Shown one piece after another: positions 10,048 through 20,004 of a stretch of DNA of 62,758 nucleotides. A program made the translations under genes and the position numbers. Position 1 is the stretch's first letter. Every line of letters starts with the position of its first letter. The notes beneath the pieces are model-generated. The model saw only the letters and a program-made list of their open reading frames with translations. It searched no databases and was not told the origin of the DNA. Source of the DNA: an uncultured Gammaproteobacteria bacterium (lineage in GTDB: Bacteria > Patescibacteriota > Patescibacteriia > VMEV01 > CAYQCH01); NCBI GenBank assembly GCA_964352335.1, contig CAYGRO010000008.1, positions 1-62,758 on the forward strand. The letters are read 5' to 3'.

Positions 10048-10278
10048 GTGAACCCACCCTCGTCCAACCCGCATTACTGATTGAACATTTCCCTCCCTTT
10101 CCTAGGGAGGGTTTTTTAGTTCCTTGTCATTCCCGCGCAGGCGGGAATCTCATCAATCTGGCAAAGAACAAGAACTCACTCAGCTATTAGTTAGTTTTAT
10201 ATTAGAGACTTATACTTTATTGTTAACTTTGGGATTCCCGCCTGCGCGGGAATGATAAGATATAATGGTGGGGTTCAC
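10048..10278. repeat. MITE-like nested-palindrome element, family 1 variant
   Basis: Termini gtgaacccacc / ggtggggttcac are inverted. Inner inverted copies of attcccgcgcaggcgggaat sit at about 10128 and about 10233. Confidence 0.65.
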
Positions 10279-10333
10279 GAGCCGTTGACAAAAGTAACTA
10301 TTAACGATAAACTCCCCTATTCACAAAAAACCT

Positions 10334-10573
10334 ATGCCTGAACAAATCGACCATCAATACGTACAAAAAGCTATTGTAAAAAAGATCAACTCAGAACAAG
10401 CTGAGCTAGAGTTGGTTGATGGTCAAATCCTTCTCTGGCCTAAAAATCTTTTACCTTCTGATCTAAACATAGGAGATACTGTTCGTATCTTAGTACATGA
10501 TAAAAAAACAGAAGAAGAGGAACGTAAAAAATTAGCAAAAGCATTACTGAATGAAGTGATGCATTCAGACTAA
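10334..10573 (+). CDS. hypothetical small protein
   Basis: 79-aa low-GC ORF with a Lys/Glu-rich C-terminus. Convergent with the DHH gene, with a 4-nt overlap. Confidence 0.45.
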   Translation: MPEQIDHQYVQKAIVKKINSEQAELELVDGQILLWPKNLLPSDLNIGDTVRILVHDKKTEEEERKKLAKALLNEVMHSD

Positions 10574-11538
10574 ATGATTTTAATCCCATCTTCAAATTCT
10601 TGAATCCGCCCATCGACTGTAAACCCGGCGGATTTTTTATGCCCACCGCCCCCCATTGATGTTGCCAATAAAGCGAGGTCAACATCATTATGGTACGTTC
10701 GCATACTTGCTTTTACTTTCCCTCCGTCGCGTTCAGAAAAAACAATAACGGCGCGAGCATCGTTTAATTGACTCAAATAATTCGACAAGCCATCTATTTC
10801 TTCTGGGTCTATTCCTGTTTCAATAAAATCTTGACGTAGAATATAAGTATAAGCAATTCCTTGTCCTGTTTGTTTAATGCGAGACATAATTGTCCCCCAA
10901 AACTTCATTACAGAAATACTTTTATTGGCGATAGTTGCTCGATGAATTTCTGGAATCGATGCTCCTTTTTTAACAAAATGTGCAGCCATTTCTAAAGCTT
11001 GTTTATTTGTTGCAGCATTTGAAAACCCTCCCGTATCTGTAAAAACACCCGTCATAAGGCAGATTGCCATTGATTTTGTAATAGCAATTTTATTTTCTTG
11101 TAAAAATTGATAAACAACTTCTGCGGTAGACGAAGCAATTATATTTACTAAGTTCACATCTCCAAATAATTTATTACTTGCATGATGATCAAAGTTAATA
11201 ATCTTTGGCTTCTTTTTCATGCAATCAATAAAGGTTTGTACTCCAGCATATTGCAAGTCTCCAGAATCACAAGCAATGATAAGATCCCACTCCTCTTCAA
11301 ATAGCGCTGGATCATTTTTCACAAGATGGGTATTTGGCAAAAATGATAATTGCTCTGGGACTTTATGTAAACAAAAAACATTCACAACTTTCCCCTGTCC
11401 CTGTAACCAATCTAAAAGTGTTAATGACGAACCAGATGTATCTCCATCAGGCTTTTGATGAGCCACAATTAAAATACGCTTTGATTCATTCATCAATTCA
11501 TAGGCTAATCGCAAATTTTCTGGACTCAATGTATTCAT
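10570..11538 (-). CDS. DHH/DHHA1 phosphoesterase (NrnA-like oligoribonuclease/pAp phosphatase)
   Basis: Motifs HQKPDGDTSGS, NFDHHASN and GGGH are present. Start set at MNTLSPENL, preceded by the SD ggggaagagg. Confidence 0.82.
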   Translation of the reverse strand: MNTLSPENLRLAYELMNESKRILIVAHQKPDGDTSGSSLTLLDWLQGQGKVVNVFCLHKVPEQLSFLPNTHLVKNDPALFEEEWDLIIACDSGDLQYAGVQTFIDCMKKKPKIINFDHHASNKLFGDVNLVNIIASSTAEVVYQFLQENKIAITKSMAICLMTGVFTDTGGFSNAATNKQALEMAAHFVKKGASIPEIHRATIANKSISVMKFWGTIMSRIKQTGQGIAYTYILRQDFIETGIDPEEIDGLSNYLSQLNDARAVIVFSERDGGKVKASMRTYHNDVDLALLATSMGGGGHKKSAGFTVDGRIQEFEDGIKII

Positions 11539-11626
11539 ACCTCTTCCCCGTAGAACGGACACTGCCCGCTTTTTTTTAAGTGACATGGAAGTATAGGGCA
11601 TATTTTTGGAGGCGTCAACAGTTCGG

Positions 11627-11776
11627 GAACCCTCCCTTGCTTGCCCCGCTTTGCGGGACTACGCATGTCCCTCCCTTTTCAAGAGAGGGGGGCTACATTG
11701 TAATAACTAAAAATCCCTCTCTTGAAAAGGGAGGGAAATGTTTAGTTCGCGAAGCGGACTGAACGAGGGAGGGTTC
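11627..11776. repeat. MITE-like nested-palindrome element, family 1, copy 2
   Basis: Termini gaaccctcc / ggagggttc. Contains ccctcccttttcaagagagggg and its inverted copy. Confidence 0.75.
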
Positions 11777-11781
11777 ACATT

Positions 11782-12129
11782 CTATAAATCAAATAATTCC
11801 ATTTCTTTATCAATCAATCTTTCTATTTCGTCTGCTTCTTCTGGTTTTGTATCTAAAACAAAATCTAAAATTGGAGAATATTTCATTTCTAAATTTTTGT
11901 GTACTTCTAATTGTATGTGATTTTTTTGCTTGCGAATAATCGGCATTACATCATGCGCTGATTCAAAAGGCAAAATAGATAAGTAGACTTTGGCATTTTT
12001 TAAATCTGGGTTCACATCGATTCGTGAAACAGTTACCAAATGATCCATAGGCAATTCTAATTCACGAGCCATTACTTCTCCTAAGATTTTTTGCAATGTT
12101 GCAGCCACTTGTTCTGTACGTTGAGACAT
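11782..12129 (-). CDS. rbfA: ribosome-binding factor A
   Basis: 115-aa ORF directly downstream of infB, with an RbfA-like N-terminus (RTEQVAATLQKILGEVM). Confidence 0.85.
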   Translation of the reverse strand: MSQRTEQVAATLQKILGEVMARELELPMDHLVTVSRIDVNPDLKNAKVYLSILPFESAHDVMPIIRKQKNHIQLEVHKNLEMKYSPILDFVLDTKPEEADEIERLIDKEMELFDL

Positions 12130-12135
12130 AGAAAA

Positions 12136-14154
12136 TTAAAGATTTTTCTTTTTAGTAGTAACAATATAGATTCTTAATCTATCTTCTTTTTCTAAAACTA
12201 TTTTACCATTAAATCCAAATCCGCAATCATTCCCTTTTTCCACATCAGTCACAGACTCTTGAGCAATGCGCAAAGAATTAATTTCTCCTTCTCCAAGCTC
12301 TACTCCTTCTCTAAAAACTCTTGCTTTTGCATTAACGGCGATTTTTCCTTTTAGCACTTTACCTCCAGCAATTGTTTTATTCCCATCTGTATTAAAAATG
12401 GCTAATACTTCTACTTCTCCAACCTCTGTTTCAATAACTTCATCACCAAGCATTTCTTCTAGTTGATCTTTTACATCATTTAATAAGTCATAAATGACTT
12501 TATATTCTTTGATCTTTACTCCTTTATCTCTTGCTAAAGATTCTGCATTTTGTGTTGGCTTCACATGAAAACTTAAAATAGTTGCATTTGAAGATTCAGC
12601 TTGTTGAATATCTGATTCAGTTACATTCCCTAAACCTTTATTGGCAATTTTTAAACGGACTTCAGGATGATGAATTTTTTCCAAGGATTCAGAAATCGCT
12701 TCTAATGAACCAAGCATATCTGCTTTTACAATAACATTGTATTTCACTTTATCATCGTCTTCATCGTCCTTTTTATTAGAGGTTTGTGCAATAGAAGCAA
12801 CATGGTCTCTAACAAGATCTTGGTAAGCAATTTTTTTCTTCAATTCTTTTGGGTTTTCTGTAATAAGAACAATATCCCCTACTTTTGGAGAAACTTTAAA
12901 TCCTAAAATCTTTACAGGAGTAGATGGACCAGCTTTTTTTACATCTTTTCCATTCCAATCTTTCATTGCACGTACACGCCCATACAATGTTCCATTAATT
13001 CCCATATGACCACCAGCTTTTAGTGTTCCATTTTGTACAAGAATTGTGGCAACTGGACCTTCTCCTTTATCTACATGAGATTCAATAACGGTTCCAACAA
13101 CAACTCCATCTGGATTTGCTTTAATATCTTCTTGTTTTTCGTCGGCAAGTAAAACAACAAGATCTAATAAATCATCAATCCCTACCCCAGTTAAAGCAGA
13201 AATTTCTGCAGTAATTGTTTTCCCACCCCATTCTTCTGGAGTTAAATTTTGGGCAGCGAGATCCGATTTTACTCGATCAATATTTGCATCTGGTTTATCG
13301 ATTTTATTGATAGCAACAATCAAAGGTAATTGAGATTGTTGGATAATTCGAATTGCTTCAATTGTTTGCGGCTTAATAGAATCATCTGCAGCCACAATTA
13401 AAATAGCGATATCAGCAATACGTGCACCACGAGAACGCATGGCTGTAAAAGCTTCATGTCCTGGGGTGTCAATAAAGGTAATTTTTTTCCCTTTCTTTTT
13501 AACTTGGTAAGCACCAATATGTTGAGTAATACCACCTGCTTCTCCATCTACGACATTTTCTTGTCTGATTGTATCGAGTAATTTTGTTTTCCCATGGTCA
13601 ACATGACCCATAACAACGATAACAGGCGCACGGTCTTCTGTTTCTTCTTCTTCATCAATAATATCTGAAACCGTTTGTTCTTCTTCTGTTGTCTCTGCTT
13701 GATTTTCTACTTCTTCGACAATATCAATACCAATATCATCACCAATAATTTGGGCGGTATCAAAATCAATCCGTTCATTTAATGAAGCAAAAATACCAGC
13801 TTTCATTAATGTTTGAATAATATCTGGTACAGGTGTCTCTGTACGTTCAGCAAATTCTCGAACAGTAATAAATGATGGAATTTTAATTTTCTTTTTTAAT
13901 GGTTCAGCAACTGTTTCTGACTCTTCTCTTGCAGCCTTACGAGTATCTTTTTTTTCTTGTTCAGCCAACTTTAATTTACCCTCATACATTTTATTCATGA
14001 GGTCCCATTTTTCGATAATTTCTTGCGCCATTTTTCCTTTAATCTTGATCGCACGTTTCCCAATTGGGTAACCCATTTCAGGTAAACGCTCAAGAAGATC
14101 CTTGGTTGGGATCTTAAGCTTACGCGCAAGCTCTGTTACATTAATATCTCTCAT
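12136..14154 (-). CDS. infB: translation initiation factor IF-2
   Basis: 672-aa ORF with GTPase motifs [13 protein letters not shown] and NKID and a conserved C-terminal domain. Confidence 0.95.
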   Translation of the reverse strand: MRDINVTELARKLKIPTKDLLERLPEMGYPIGKRAIKIKGKMAQEIIEKWDLMNKMYEGKLKLAEQEKKDTRKAAREESETVAEPLKKKIKIPSFITVREFAERTETPVPDIIQTLMKAGIFASLNERIDFDTAQIIGDDIGIDIVEEVENQAETTEEEQTVSDIIDEEEETEDRAPVIVVMGHVDHGKTKLLDTIRQENVVDGEAGGITQHIGAYQVKKKGKKITFIDTPGHEAFTAMRSRGARIADIAILIVAADDSIKPQTIEAIRIIQQSQLPLIVAINKIDKPDANIDRVKSDLAAQNLTPEEWGGKTITAEISALTGVGIDDLLDLVVLLADEKQEDIKANPDGVVVGTVIESHVDKGEGPVATILVQNGTLKAGGHMGINGTLYGRVRAMKDWNGKDVKKAGPSTPVKILGFKVSPKVGDIVLITENPKELKKKIAYQDLVRDHVASIAQTSNKKDDEDDDKVKYNVIVKADMLGSLEAISESLEKIHHPEVRLKIANKGLGNVTESDIQQAESSNATILSFHVKPTQNAESLARDKGVKIKEYKVIYDLLNDVKDQLEEMLGDEVIETEVGEVEVLAIFNTDGNKTIAGGKVLKGKIAVNAKARVFREGVELGEGEINSLRIAQESVTDVEKGNDCGFGFNGKIVLEKEDRLRIYIVTTKKKNL

Positions 14155-14196
14155 AAGGGTATAAAAAGAGGCTCTAAAAAGCCTTAAAGTATTTAA

Positions 14197-14225
14197 AAAT
14201 TACCGTAAAATAAGGATTTTGTCAA
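14197..14225 (-). promoter_or_regulatory. sigma70-like promoter for infB-rbfA
   Basis: TTGACA, 17-nt spacer, TAATTT on the minus strand. Confidence 0.4.
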
Positions 14226-14260
14226 TTTTAAACCCCAGGGATTGTGTATCTACCTGGGGT
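14226..14260 (-). terminator. Terminator of GC-rich cassette D
   Basis: Hairpin accccagg/cctggggt, followed on the minus strand by ttaaaatt. Confidence 0.5.
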
Positions 14261-14287
14261 TGCTAGACCGTTTTAGGGTCGTGAATC

Positions 14288-14611
14288 TCAGTTTTGGGAG
14301 GGATCATGCCCATCCGCTTCCTTTGCGTTCAAGATCGTATTGAGCGCAAGAAAGAGCAATTCGCTCTCGGTGAGCGGGTTTGCAATGACCACGAGTGGGT
14401 CTTGCTGATAGTATTCACTCAGTGGCGACTGGTGAATACTCTGAAAAAGAGTTAGGGCCTCATTTTCAGAAATAGCACCGAAGCTTTGTAACGTCTGTAG
14501 CAAATCGATGGCTTCATCAGCTGAGAAAAACGCCGAAGAAACTGACTTCCCTACTTTGATATAGCCCGTAGGGCCACTGGCTGTCTCGAAGACAACAAAT
14601 TGAATACCCAC
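14288..14611 (-). CDS. hypothetical protein (GC-elevated cassette D)
   Basis: 107-aa ORF with a GTG start preceded by the SD gaaggaagg. No family recognised. Confidence 0.55.
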   Translation of the reverse strand: MGIQFVVFETASGPTGYIKVGKSVSSAFFSADEAIDLLQTLQSFGAISENEALTLFQSIHQSPLSEYYQQDPLVVIANPLTESELLFLALNTILNAKEADGHDPSQN

Positions 14612-14652
14612 GAGACACCTTCCTTCTATTTTTGTAGCGGACGAGAAAATCT

Positions 14653-14681
14653 ATAGTACCTCTCAACACAAACCAAGTCAA
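14653..14681 (-). promoter_or_regulatory. sigma70-like promoter for cassette D
   Basis: TTGACT, 17-nt spacer, TACTAT on the minus strand, directly after the stop of the upstream gene. Confidence 0.45.
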
Positions 14682-14683
14682 TA

Positions 14684-15919
14684 TTAATGACTATGCGTAT
14701 GCATTGGCTTTATCTCTACATTTCGGTCAACTGGATCATTATGAAAAATTCGAGCTGCGATATAAGTTGTAATTGGTACTGCTAAAATAAGAGCCGAAGA
14801 ACCAATTAGCGTTCGCATAAGTTCTTCAACGATAAATTCTGAATTTAAATTAATCCAAAGTGGAAAATCTACTTTTGTAAAAATAAGCATCAATGGCAAT
14901 GAAGCACCAACATATGCTAAAGCCAATGTATTTATTAAAGAAGCAATATGTTCTTTTCCTACTGCTGAACCTCGTTTATATAATTCTTTTACTCCTAGTT
15001 TTGGATTTGCTCGATGAATTTCTGCAACGGTTGCAGATTGTGCCGTAGTCACATCATCAAGAACACCAAGTGCACCAATAATAATTCCGCCTAATAATAA
15101 ACCTTGTAAATTAATATCTTTAAAAGGACCTTGTAATAAACTAATTGCTTCTTCTGAACCTAAACCAAATAATTGTGTAAAAGATACAACAAATGTTGCG
15201 AATAATGCAGATATAGCCAAAGTAACGCTTGTCCCAACCATGGCAACATGCGTTCGTTTATTAAATCCATGTGCCAAGTACAATGCAACGAATAAAATAA
15301 TAAATGCACCAATAACACTGATAAGTACAGGATCTCGACCAGCAACTATTTGAGGCAAAATGAATTTGATTATAACGAAAATACTAAATACCAAACCGAC
15401 TAAAGCAGATAAACCTTTTTTCCCAGCGAAAAGAAAAGCGATGAGCACAAAGAGGGCAAATACCCATATTACAGATGGTAAACGATATGGCTCGGCTACA
15501 TAATATTGGGTTTGGTTTCCAATAACTTTTACAACGACGACTTTATCCCCTACTTCAAATTTTTGTCGATCACTATTGGATTGGGTAAATTGCCAATCAT
15601 GTTCAAATAGTACTCCTTTTTCATCTCCAGAAATGATTTCAACAGTAATTTTTTGATATGGCTGAGCAAAAGAGCCAATAGTGATAATATCGTCTTCTAA
15701 AATTTCTTTTACCTTACCTCGAAAGTATTCAGATTCAAATTCTATTGCTTGTGGATCTTCGAAAGCAAACTCATCTGGGCTAATTTCATCTGGATCAAAA
15801 GTAAATGATTCCATGGTTGGATCATTTTGGAGGTCTTCTAGGTTGACTGTTTCTTGAGCAAGAACTGGACTTGCAAACAGACTAACGAGAACAATAATTG
15901 CTATAAAAAACTTTTTCAT
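14684..15919 (-). CDS. YibE/F family membrane protein
   Basis: 411-aa ORF with a signal peptide, a soluble N-terminal domain and a multi-TM region containing the GVLDDVTTAQ motif. Confidence 0.65.
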   Translation of the reverse strand: MKKFFIAIIVLVSLFASPVLAQETVNLEDLQNDPTMESFTFDPDEISPDEFAFEDPQAIEFESEYFRGKVKEILEDDIITIGSFAQPYQKITVEIISGDEKGVLFEHDWQFTQSNSDRQKFEVGDKVVVVKVIGNQTQYYVAEPYRLPSVIWVFALFVLIAFLFAGKKGLSALVGLVFSIFVIIKFILPQIVAGRDPVLISVIGAFIILFVALYLAHGFNKRTHVAMVGTSVTLAISALFATFVVSFTQLFGLGSEEAISLLQGPFKDINLQGLLLGGIIIGALGVLDDVTTAQSATVAEIHRANPKLGVKELYKRGSAVGKEHIASLINTLALAYVGASLPLMLIFTKVDFPLWINLNSEFIVEELMRTLIGSSALILAVPITTYIAARIFHNDPVDRNVEIKPMHTHSH

Positions 15920-15961
15920 AAGAGGATAATATCTGTTTAGAAAAATGAGAGGACTTTCAAG

Positions 15962-16258
15962 TTAATACCAAGGAAGGAAAAACCGTATGACATCTAACCA
16001 AAAATCATCATTATTTTTATAATCATAGGTAAGTAAGACCAAAAGTACAATAAGCAGAAGATAAATCCCAATATCAAGCAATACTGAAAGAAGAAAACTC
16101 ATCAATGGATGTTGAAAAGGAAAGATGAGCTGAATATTCACGAAAATAAGTGGTAATAAAACGAAAAAAAACAAGAGAAGTATTACTGAAACCACTTTCC
16201 GAAAAAATAATTTCTTTTTATCTTCTTCCGAATGAATAGTTATTTTATTCTGTTTCAT
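15962..16258 (-). CDS. hypothetical small membrane protein
   Basis: 98-aa low-GC ORF with 2-3 hydrophobic helices. Confidence 0.45.
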   Translation of the reverse strand: MKQNKITIHSEEDKKKLFFRKVVSVILLLFFFVLLPLIFVNIQLIFPFQHPLMSFLLSVLLDIGIYLLLIVLLVLLTYDYKNNDDFWLDVIRFFLPWY

Positions 16259-16295
16259 CTGTGGTTATATTAGCATGCTCTAATGAATAATCAAT

Positions 16296-16329
16296 AAAAA
16301 AACTCCGCCATAGTTGACGGAGTTTTTTT
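16296..16329. terminator. Bidirectional hairpin terminator
   Basis: An A-run, then stem actccg/cggagt, then a T-run. Confidence 0.5.
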
Positions 16330-16403
16330 GTCCCACGAACTTGCCTGGTGGCTTATTCATGGGAATGGAACGGCTATCTGGAAATGGCCGCACCACTTAC
16401 CGA

Positions 16404-17807
16404 CTAGTGCCGGCGATCCCAAGGATTGCGCTTGGGCTTGTGACGGACCTTGTCGCAGATCGTCATGCTCTTCTGGCGTGCGAGCACGAATGAGGCAAAC
16501 AAGTCGATCTCGCGAAGAGTTTCGTCGATGGGAATGTAGAAGTAGTCCGAGAAGACTACCTCACACAACCAATCTGCGTACTCCAAGCAAAAGGGACATT
16601 CTCGCTTCAGCAATTCCACGACGACCTTGAAGATCTCCTCACGGTGAGGAAATAGCAAGTCCAGCAATCTCCTGAAGACCCTCTGCGTGATCTTGAGAAG
16701 ATGCCCGCGCTCGTAAGCGTTGGCAAGTCGTGAGAAAAGCTCTTCAGCGGTCGAAGAAGAACTGACCCACTCGAGGTCACGAAACCCCTGAGCAGTAGCC
16801 TTGGCTTCTTCGAACAAGTATTCGAAGCGAGCCAGCTCCGTCTCGTAGGTCGCCCCCGGTTGCAATGAGGCACTAATCGCACGTGCGAGTCTGGCGGGAT
16901 CCTTGATCTGCGCTTCCTTGAGGTTGCGCAGGATGGTTCCCGGCTTGATTCGCTTGCAGCGACTACCGATGAGCGATGTGTAGTAGTCACGTAGATTTTG
17001 CTTTTCTTCTTGTACCTTTGACTCAGCCGATATCTCAGCAACGAGACGTTGGTAATCGGCAGCCTGGGGAGCTGAGAGCTCGATTTCGTATCGGACTTCT
17101 TCGAACCGATAGTAGGCATTAATCAATTCTGCCTCCTTGTTGAGTAGATCGATTGCCTTCTTGGTGTCTGTCACCATGAGATGACGAATCTGCTGGAGCA
17201 CGCCCTCCGCCATCTGTTCTTGACGATGAAGAAGTGTCGTCTCCAGCTTGAGACGAAGTTCTGCAACCTGCTCACCACCAGCCTCAACGACAAGTGGGTC
17301 GGCCGAACGAATGATCTCCAGAGCTTGCACGATATCACCGAAGACGAACTCACTGAAACGGCTGAAGGAAACAACCGCGTGAATCTGATTGAGGAAGTAC
17401 TCAACTTCCCCTGCCATCTGGCTGAGCTGAGCACGATGACCAGCATCAACCAGCACTTGCTGTTTGATGATTTCCTGTGCGAGCTTTCGCACCGCACTTG
17501 GCTTGATCGGCTCAATACCAACCAAAGCCTTGGAGTTACGCCAGGCTTGCCGTGCCTGTTGCTCAAACTCACGGGCTCCTTCGAGATCAGCTCGCTGCAA
17601 AGCAGCTAAACCATATTCGATGTTCTTATCGAATTCGAGTTGGAATCCATGAAGCTTCGCCAAGAGCCCTAGATCAACGGAACCAGGCTCATCATGAATC
17701 TCAGTTCGATGCGCCTCGATGGAAGCAACCATCTTCTTCGGGCAGGGCTTTGCACTCTGCATGCCGTGCTTGCTCTTCTTCTTTCGCTTACTCTTCGAAC
17801 GACTCAT
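16404..17807 (-). CDS. hypothetical alpha-helical protein with Lys-rich N-terminus (GC-rich cassette E)
   Basis: 467-aa high-GC ORF. Start set at MSRSKSKRKKKSK, preceded by the SD gagagagg. No family recognised. Confidence 0.7.
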   Translation of the reverse strand: MSRSKSKRKKKSKHGMQSAKPCPKKMVASIEAHRTEIHDEPGSVDLGLLAKLHGFQLEFDKNIEYGLAALQRADLEGAREFEQQARQAWRNSKALVGIEPIKPSAVRKLAQEIIKQQVLVDAGHRAQLSQMAGEVEYFLNQIHAVVSFSRFSEFVFGDIVQALEIIRSADPLVVEAGGEQVAELRLKLETTLLHRQEQMAEGVLQQIRHLMVTDTKKAIDLLNKEAELINAYYRFEEVRYEIELSAPQAADYQRLVAEISAESKVQEEKQNLRDYYTSLIGSRCKRIKPGTILRNLKEAQIKDPARLARAISASLQPGATYETELARFEYLFEEAKATAQGFRDLEWVSSSSTAEELFSRLANAYERGHLLKITQRVFRRLLDLLFPHREEIFKVVVELLKRECPFCLEYADWLCEVVFSDYFYIPIDETLREIDLFASFVLARQKSMTICDKVRHKPKRNPWDRRH

Positions 17808-17934
17808 GAGAACCTCTCTCATTGAAATTGGAAAGACCAACCACCTATTTCTAGGGGAAGCCACAATCGTATGGCCTTTTTTATTGCTAAAATAAGCAAT
17901 TTTTAAGGATCTACGATTATTAGAAAACCATTGC

Positions 17935-17963
17935 ACAATAACATTTTTTATTGTTCTTGTCAA
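17935..17963 (-). promoter_or_regulatory. sigma70-like promoter for cassette E
   Basis: TTGACA, 17-nt spacer, TATTGT on the minus strand, followed by an AT-rich leader of about 125 nt. Confidence 0.45.
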
Positions 17964-17974
17964 TAGCTATCAAT

Positions 17975-18010
17975 TGTAAAACAAAAACCCTAGTCTACAA
18001 GAGAACTAGG
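17975..18010 (-). terminator. Terminator following the tRNA-Leu 3' fragment
   Basis: Hairpin cctagt/actagg, then gtttttgtttt on the minus strand. Probably the original tRNA-Leu terminator. Confidence 0.5.
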
Positions 18011-18017
18011 ATCTTTG

Positions 18018-18040
18018 TGGTACCCGGGGCGGGACTCGAA
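18018..18040 (-). repeat. 23-bp direct repeat of the tRNA-Leu 3' end (att-like)
   Basis: tggtacccggggcgggactcgaa is identical to 20005-20027. Confidence 0.9.
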
Positions 18041-18517
18041 ACCACCTAGACCGAAATCGGAACTTGGCTGAACTCGGCGATTCTTCGCTAAGGCTAGCGC
18101 GAACTGAGGACGCTGGGAGACCTCTCTACTCTCCAGGAATACCCCGCTTTCGTCAGCTCTTGGGCAACCGGTGGGCAACAATATCTACCCAGACTGGATG
18201 GTGTTCCTCCTTGCCAGCTCCTATGCCAGACAGTCAGCAGACGTTCTCGACTGCTGGCTGCTCGCCCTTATGAAGCAACTCCAGCAAGGTCGCGGGCGGG
18301 CGAAGTGGGGCCTCATTGCATACGGTTACGCCCCTCAACGGGTCGAATGTGACACTCTGGGAGAGGGGGGGGGCGGCGTTGACACCCACCTGGCCGTACA
18401 TGTATGTTGTGGTAGGATCGTAGTGACTTGCCGAAGATGCACTGGTAACACGTCTGTGAATGATTGGTGTCCCGCCTGCAAAGAGAAAGCTTCCCTTTGC
18501 AGGAAGGCACCCCAATC

Positions 18518-18871
18518 ATGCACTCTTCTCAACCGTCCTCCGATCAAGCGTCCCCTGAGTTCGGCGTAGGCCTGCCAATTGAACTCCTCGCCTACTACTT
18601 GGCAGTAGCAAGCAAGAGCAATCGGACAATTTTCCACGCTGACAACCGTAAGATCACGTTGGAAGCGATTCTCACTTACTACCCATATCTCGTCGGAGAC
18701 GCAAACCCCTGCACGAGCTTTCATCCTGGGGTGCAGGCATGGGAGCTCGCAAGCTTTGTAAACCTGCACCGCCGCCATGTAGCGCCTCGCGAAGTAGCTT
18801 CTTCTCGAGACCCGCGAATCGTCTGGAGCAGCGCACTAGAGATAGCGCATCGCCTCCCTCCACGTCCCTAG
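18518..18871 (+). CDS. hypothetical protein inside the tRNA-Leu-associated element
   Basis: ATG preceded by aggaagg. Hand count over 73 codons gives GC1 42, GC2 30, GC3 46. A strong terminator follows. An antisense ORF in the exact mirror frame competes with it. Confidence 0.35.
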   Translation: MHSSQPSSDQASPEFGVGLPIELLAYYLAVASKSNRTIFHADNRKITLEAILTYYPYLVGDANPCTSFHPGVQAWELASFVNLHRRHVAPREVASSRDPRIVWSSALEIAHRLPPRP

Positions 18872-18898
18872 GCAGCCACGCTACCTCCGGCCCCCGAT

Positions 18899-18943
18899 AC
18901 ACCCCCTGCTTCTCACGAAGTAGGGGGTGTTTTTTCGTTTTTT
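18899..18943 (+). terminator. Rho-independent terminator inside the element
   Basis: 9-bp stem acaccccct/agggggtgt, followed by tttttcgtttttt. Confidence 0.7.
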
Positions 18944-18958
18944 CTCTCGGCTATCACA

Positions 18959-19341
18959 CTACTTCGTGGGATCTGAGTCGCCGTAGAGCCAAACCTCCCT
19001 CGGCAGAGTCCCGGGGCTGTCAGCGAACGTTCCACTAGCCGAAACGGTGAAGTCCTCAACAACGGCGAAGTCGCCGAAGGAGTCGGGGGAGTATCGGCGC
19101 AGTCGGAGATGCTCGTCTCCCGCAACGGTCGAGGACTTCGCCCCACAGAACGCATTACCTCCGATCTCAGCGGCCTGCTAGGGTAACCCGTGCTCAGCAC
19201 GCCAGACAGGGGCAGCAAGACTCGCTTGGCTCCGTTCTCGTCGCGACCTTCGGGCCCCAACTCCAGCGTCACCAGCACCTTGCGAGGCGTCCGACGTCCC
19301 TGTACAATTCCGATAAGAGAGGGGATATCTTGGATCGCAAC
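18959..19341 (-). pseudogene. frameshifted ORF remnant
   Basis: Two protein-like reading segments (..VLVTLELGPEGRDENGAKRVLLPLSGVLSTGYP and QAAEIGGNAF..VEDFTVSASGTFADSPGTLPREVWLYGDSDPTK*) lie in different frames. There is no ATG or SD. Confidence 0.3.
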
Positions 19342-19521
19342 TCAAACCCCAGACACTGCACAGCAGGCGGGCGCCCGAGCATCGGAATTGTGACGGCTCT
19401 AGCCAACGAAGAACGGTGCGTGCTTGGAAGGCCGGGATTCGAGGTTAGGAATTGAGTGAGTGAGGCTTAGTGTTGGCTTGCAGATTCTCTGCGGGCCTGA
19501 CTGAGCCTCACGGAGTTGGAA

Positions 19522-19737
19522 ATGAATAGCATACAAGACAATTCGCAGCAGCAGCGCCTCCTGTTCAGCAGGGATCGCGAAGGACGCCCTTTGTATCTCT
19601 GGAAGCCAAAAGGAGCTGGGCTTGACATTTACGTCGGGCGGATCAGGTTTGAACGTTCGTCAGAAGACAGCGAGAAGGACATCGAAGAGGTACTTCCCTT
19701 GTGGCACCGTATTCTACGGTTCTTTACGGGGATCTGA
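19522..19737 (+). CDS. hypothetical small protein inside the element
   Basis: 71-aa ORF with GGAG 6 nt upstream of the ATG and a terminator about 100 nt downstream. Confidence 0.3.
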   Translation: MNSIQDNSQQQRLLFSRDREGRPLYLWKPKGAGLDIYVGRIRFERSSEDSEKDIEEVLPLWHRILRFFTGI

Positions 19738-19835
19738 TCTTCCTCCGGCGCGGATAGCAGACAACATAGCTGAGTAGCGGTCCGCCGCCACAATGGCCGA
19801 CGATCTGCGTCCAAGCGGATCGTCGCGAAGCCTGC

Positions 19836-19874
19836 GAGCACCTCCTTTTCGGGGAGTGCTCGTTTTCCATTTCC
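19836..19874 (+). terminator. Rho-independent terminator inside the element
   Basis: Stem gagcacctcc/ggggagtgctc, followed by gttttccatttcc. Confidence 0.5.
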
Positions 19875-20004
19875 TGGTTTTCTCCTCCCGATACTCTGCC
19901 GGCGCCGCGTTAGCGCCTGGGCAGTCACGCGTTTGACTTTTGGGCAACCGGCGGGCAACCAAATTCTCAGCAATAATAAAAGCCCCTTAAAAAGGGACTT
20001 TTAC

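Noticed and set aside
18041-19965. The idea that the GC-rich segment is a group I or group II intron in tRNA-Leu(UAA), as in cyanobacteria
   Set aside because: An intact, uninterrupted tRNA-Leu lies next to it. Only the last 23 nt of the tRNA are duplicated, there is no 5' exon half, and I could find no domain V-like or P7-like motif by eye. Only a covariance-model scan could fully exclude a structured RNA.
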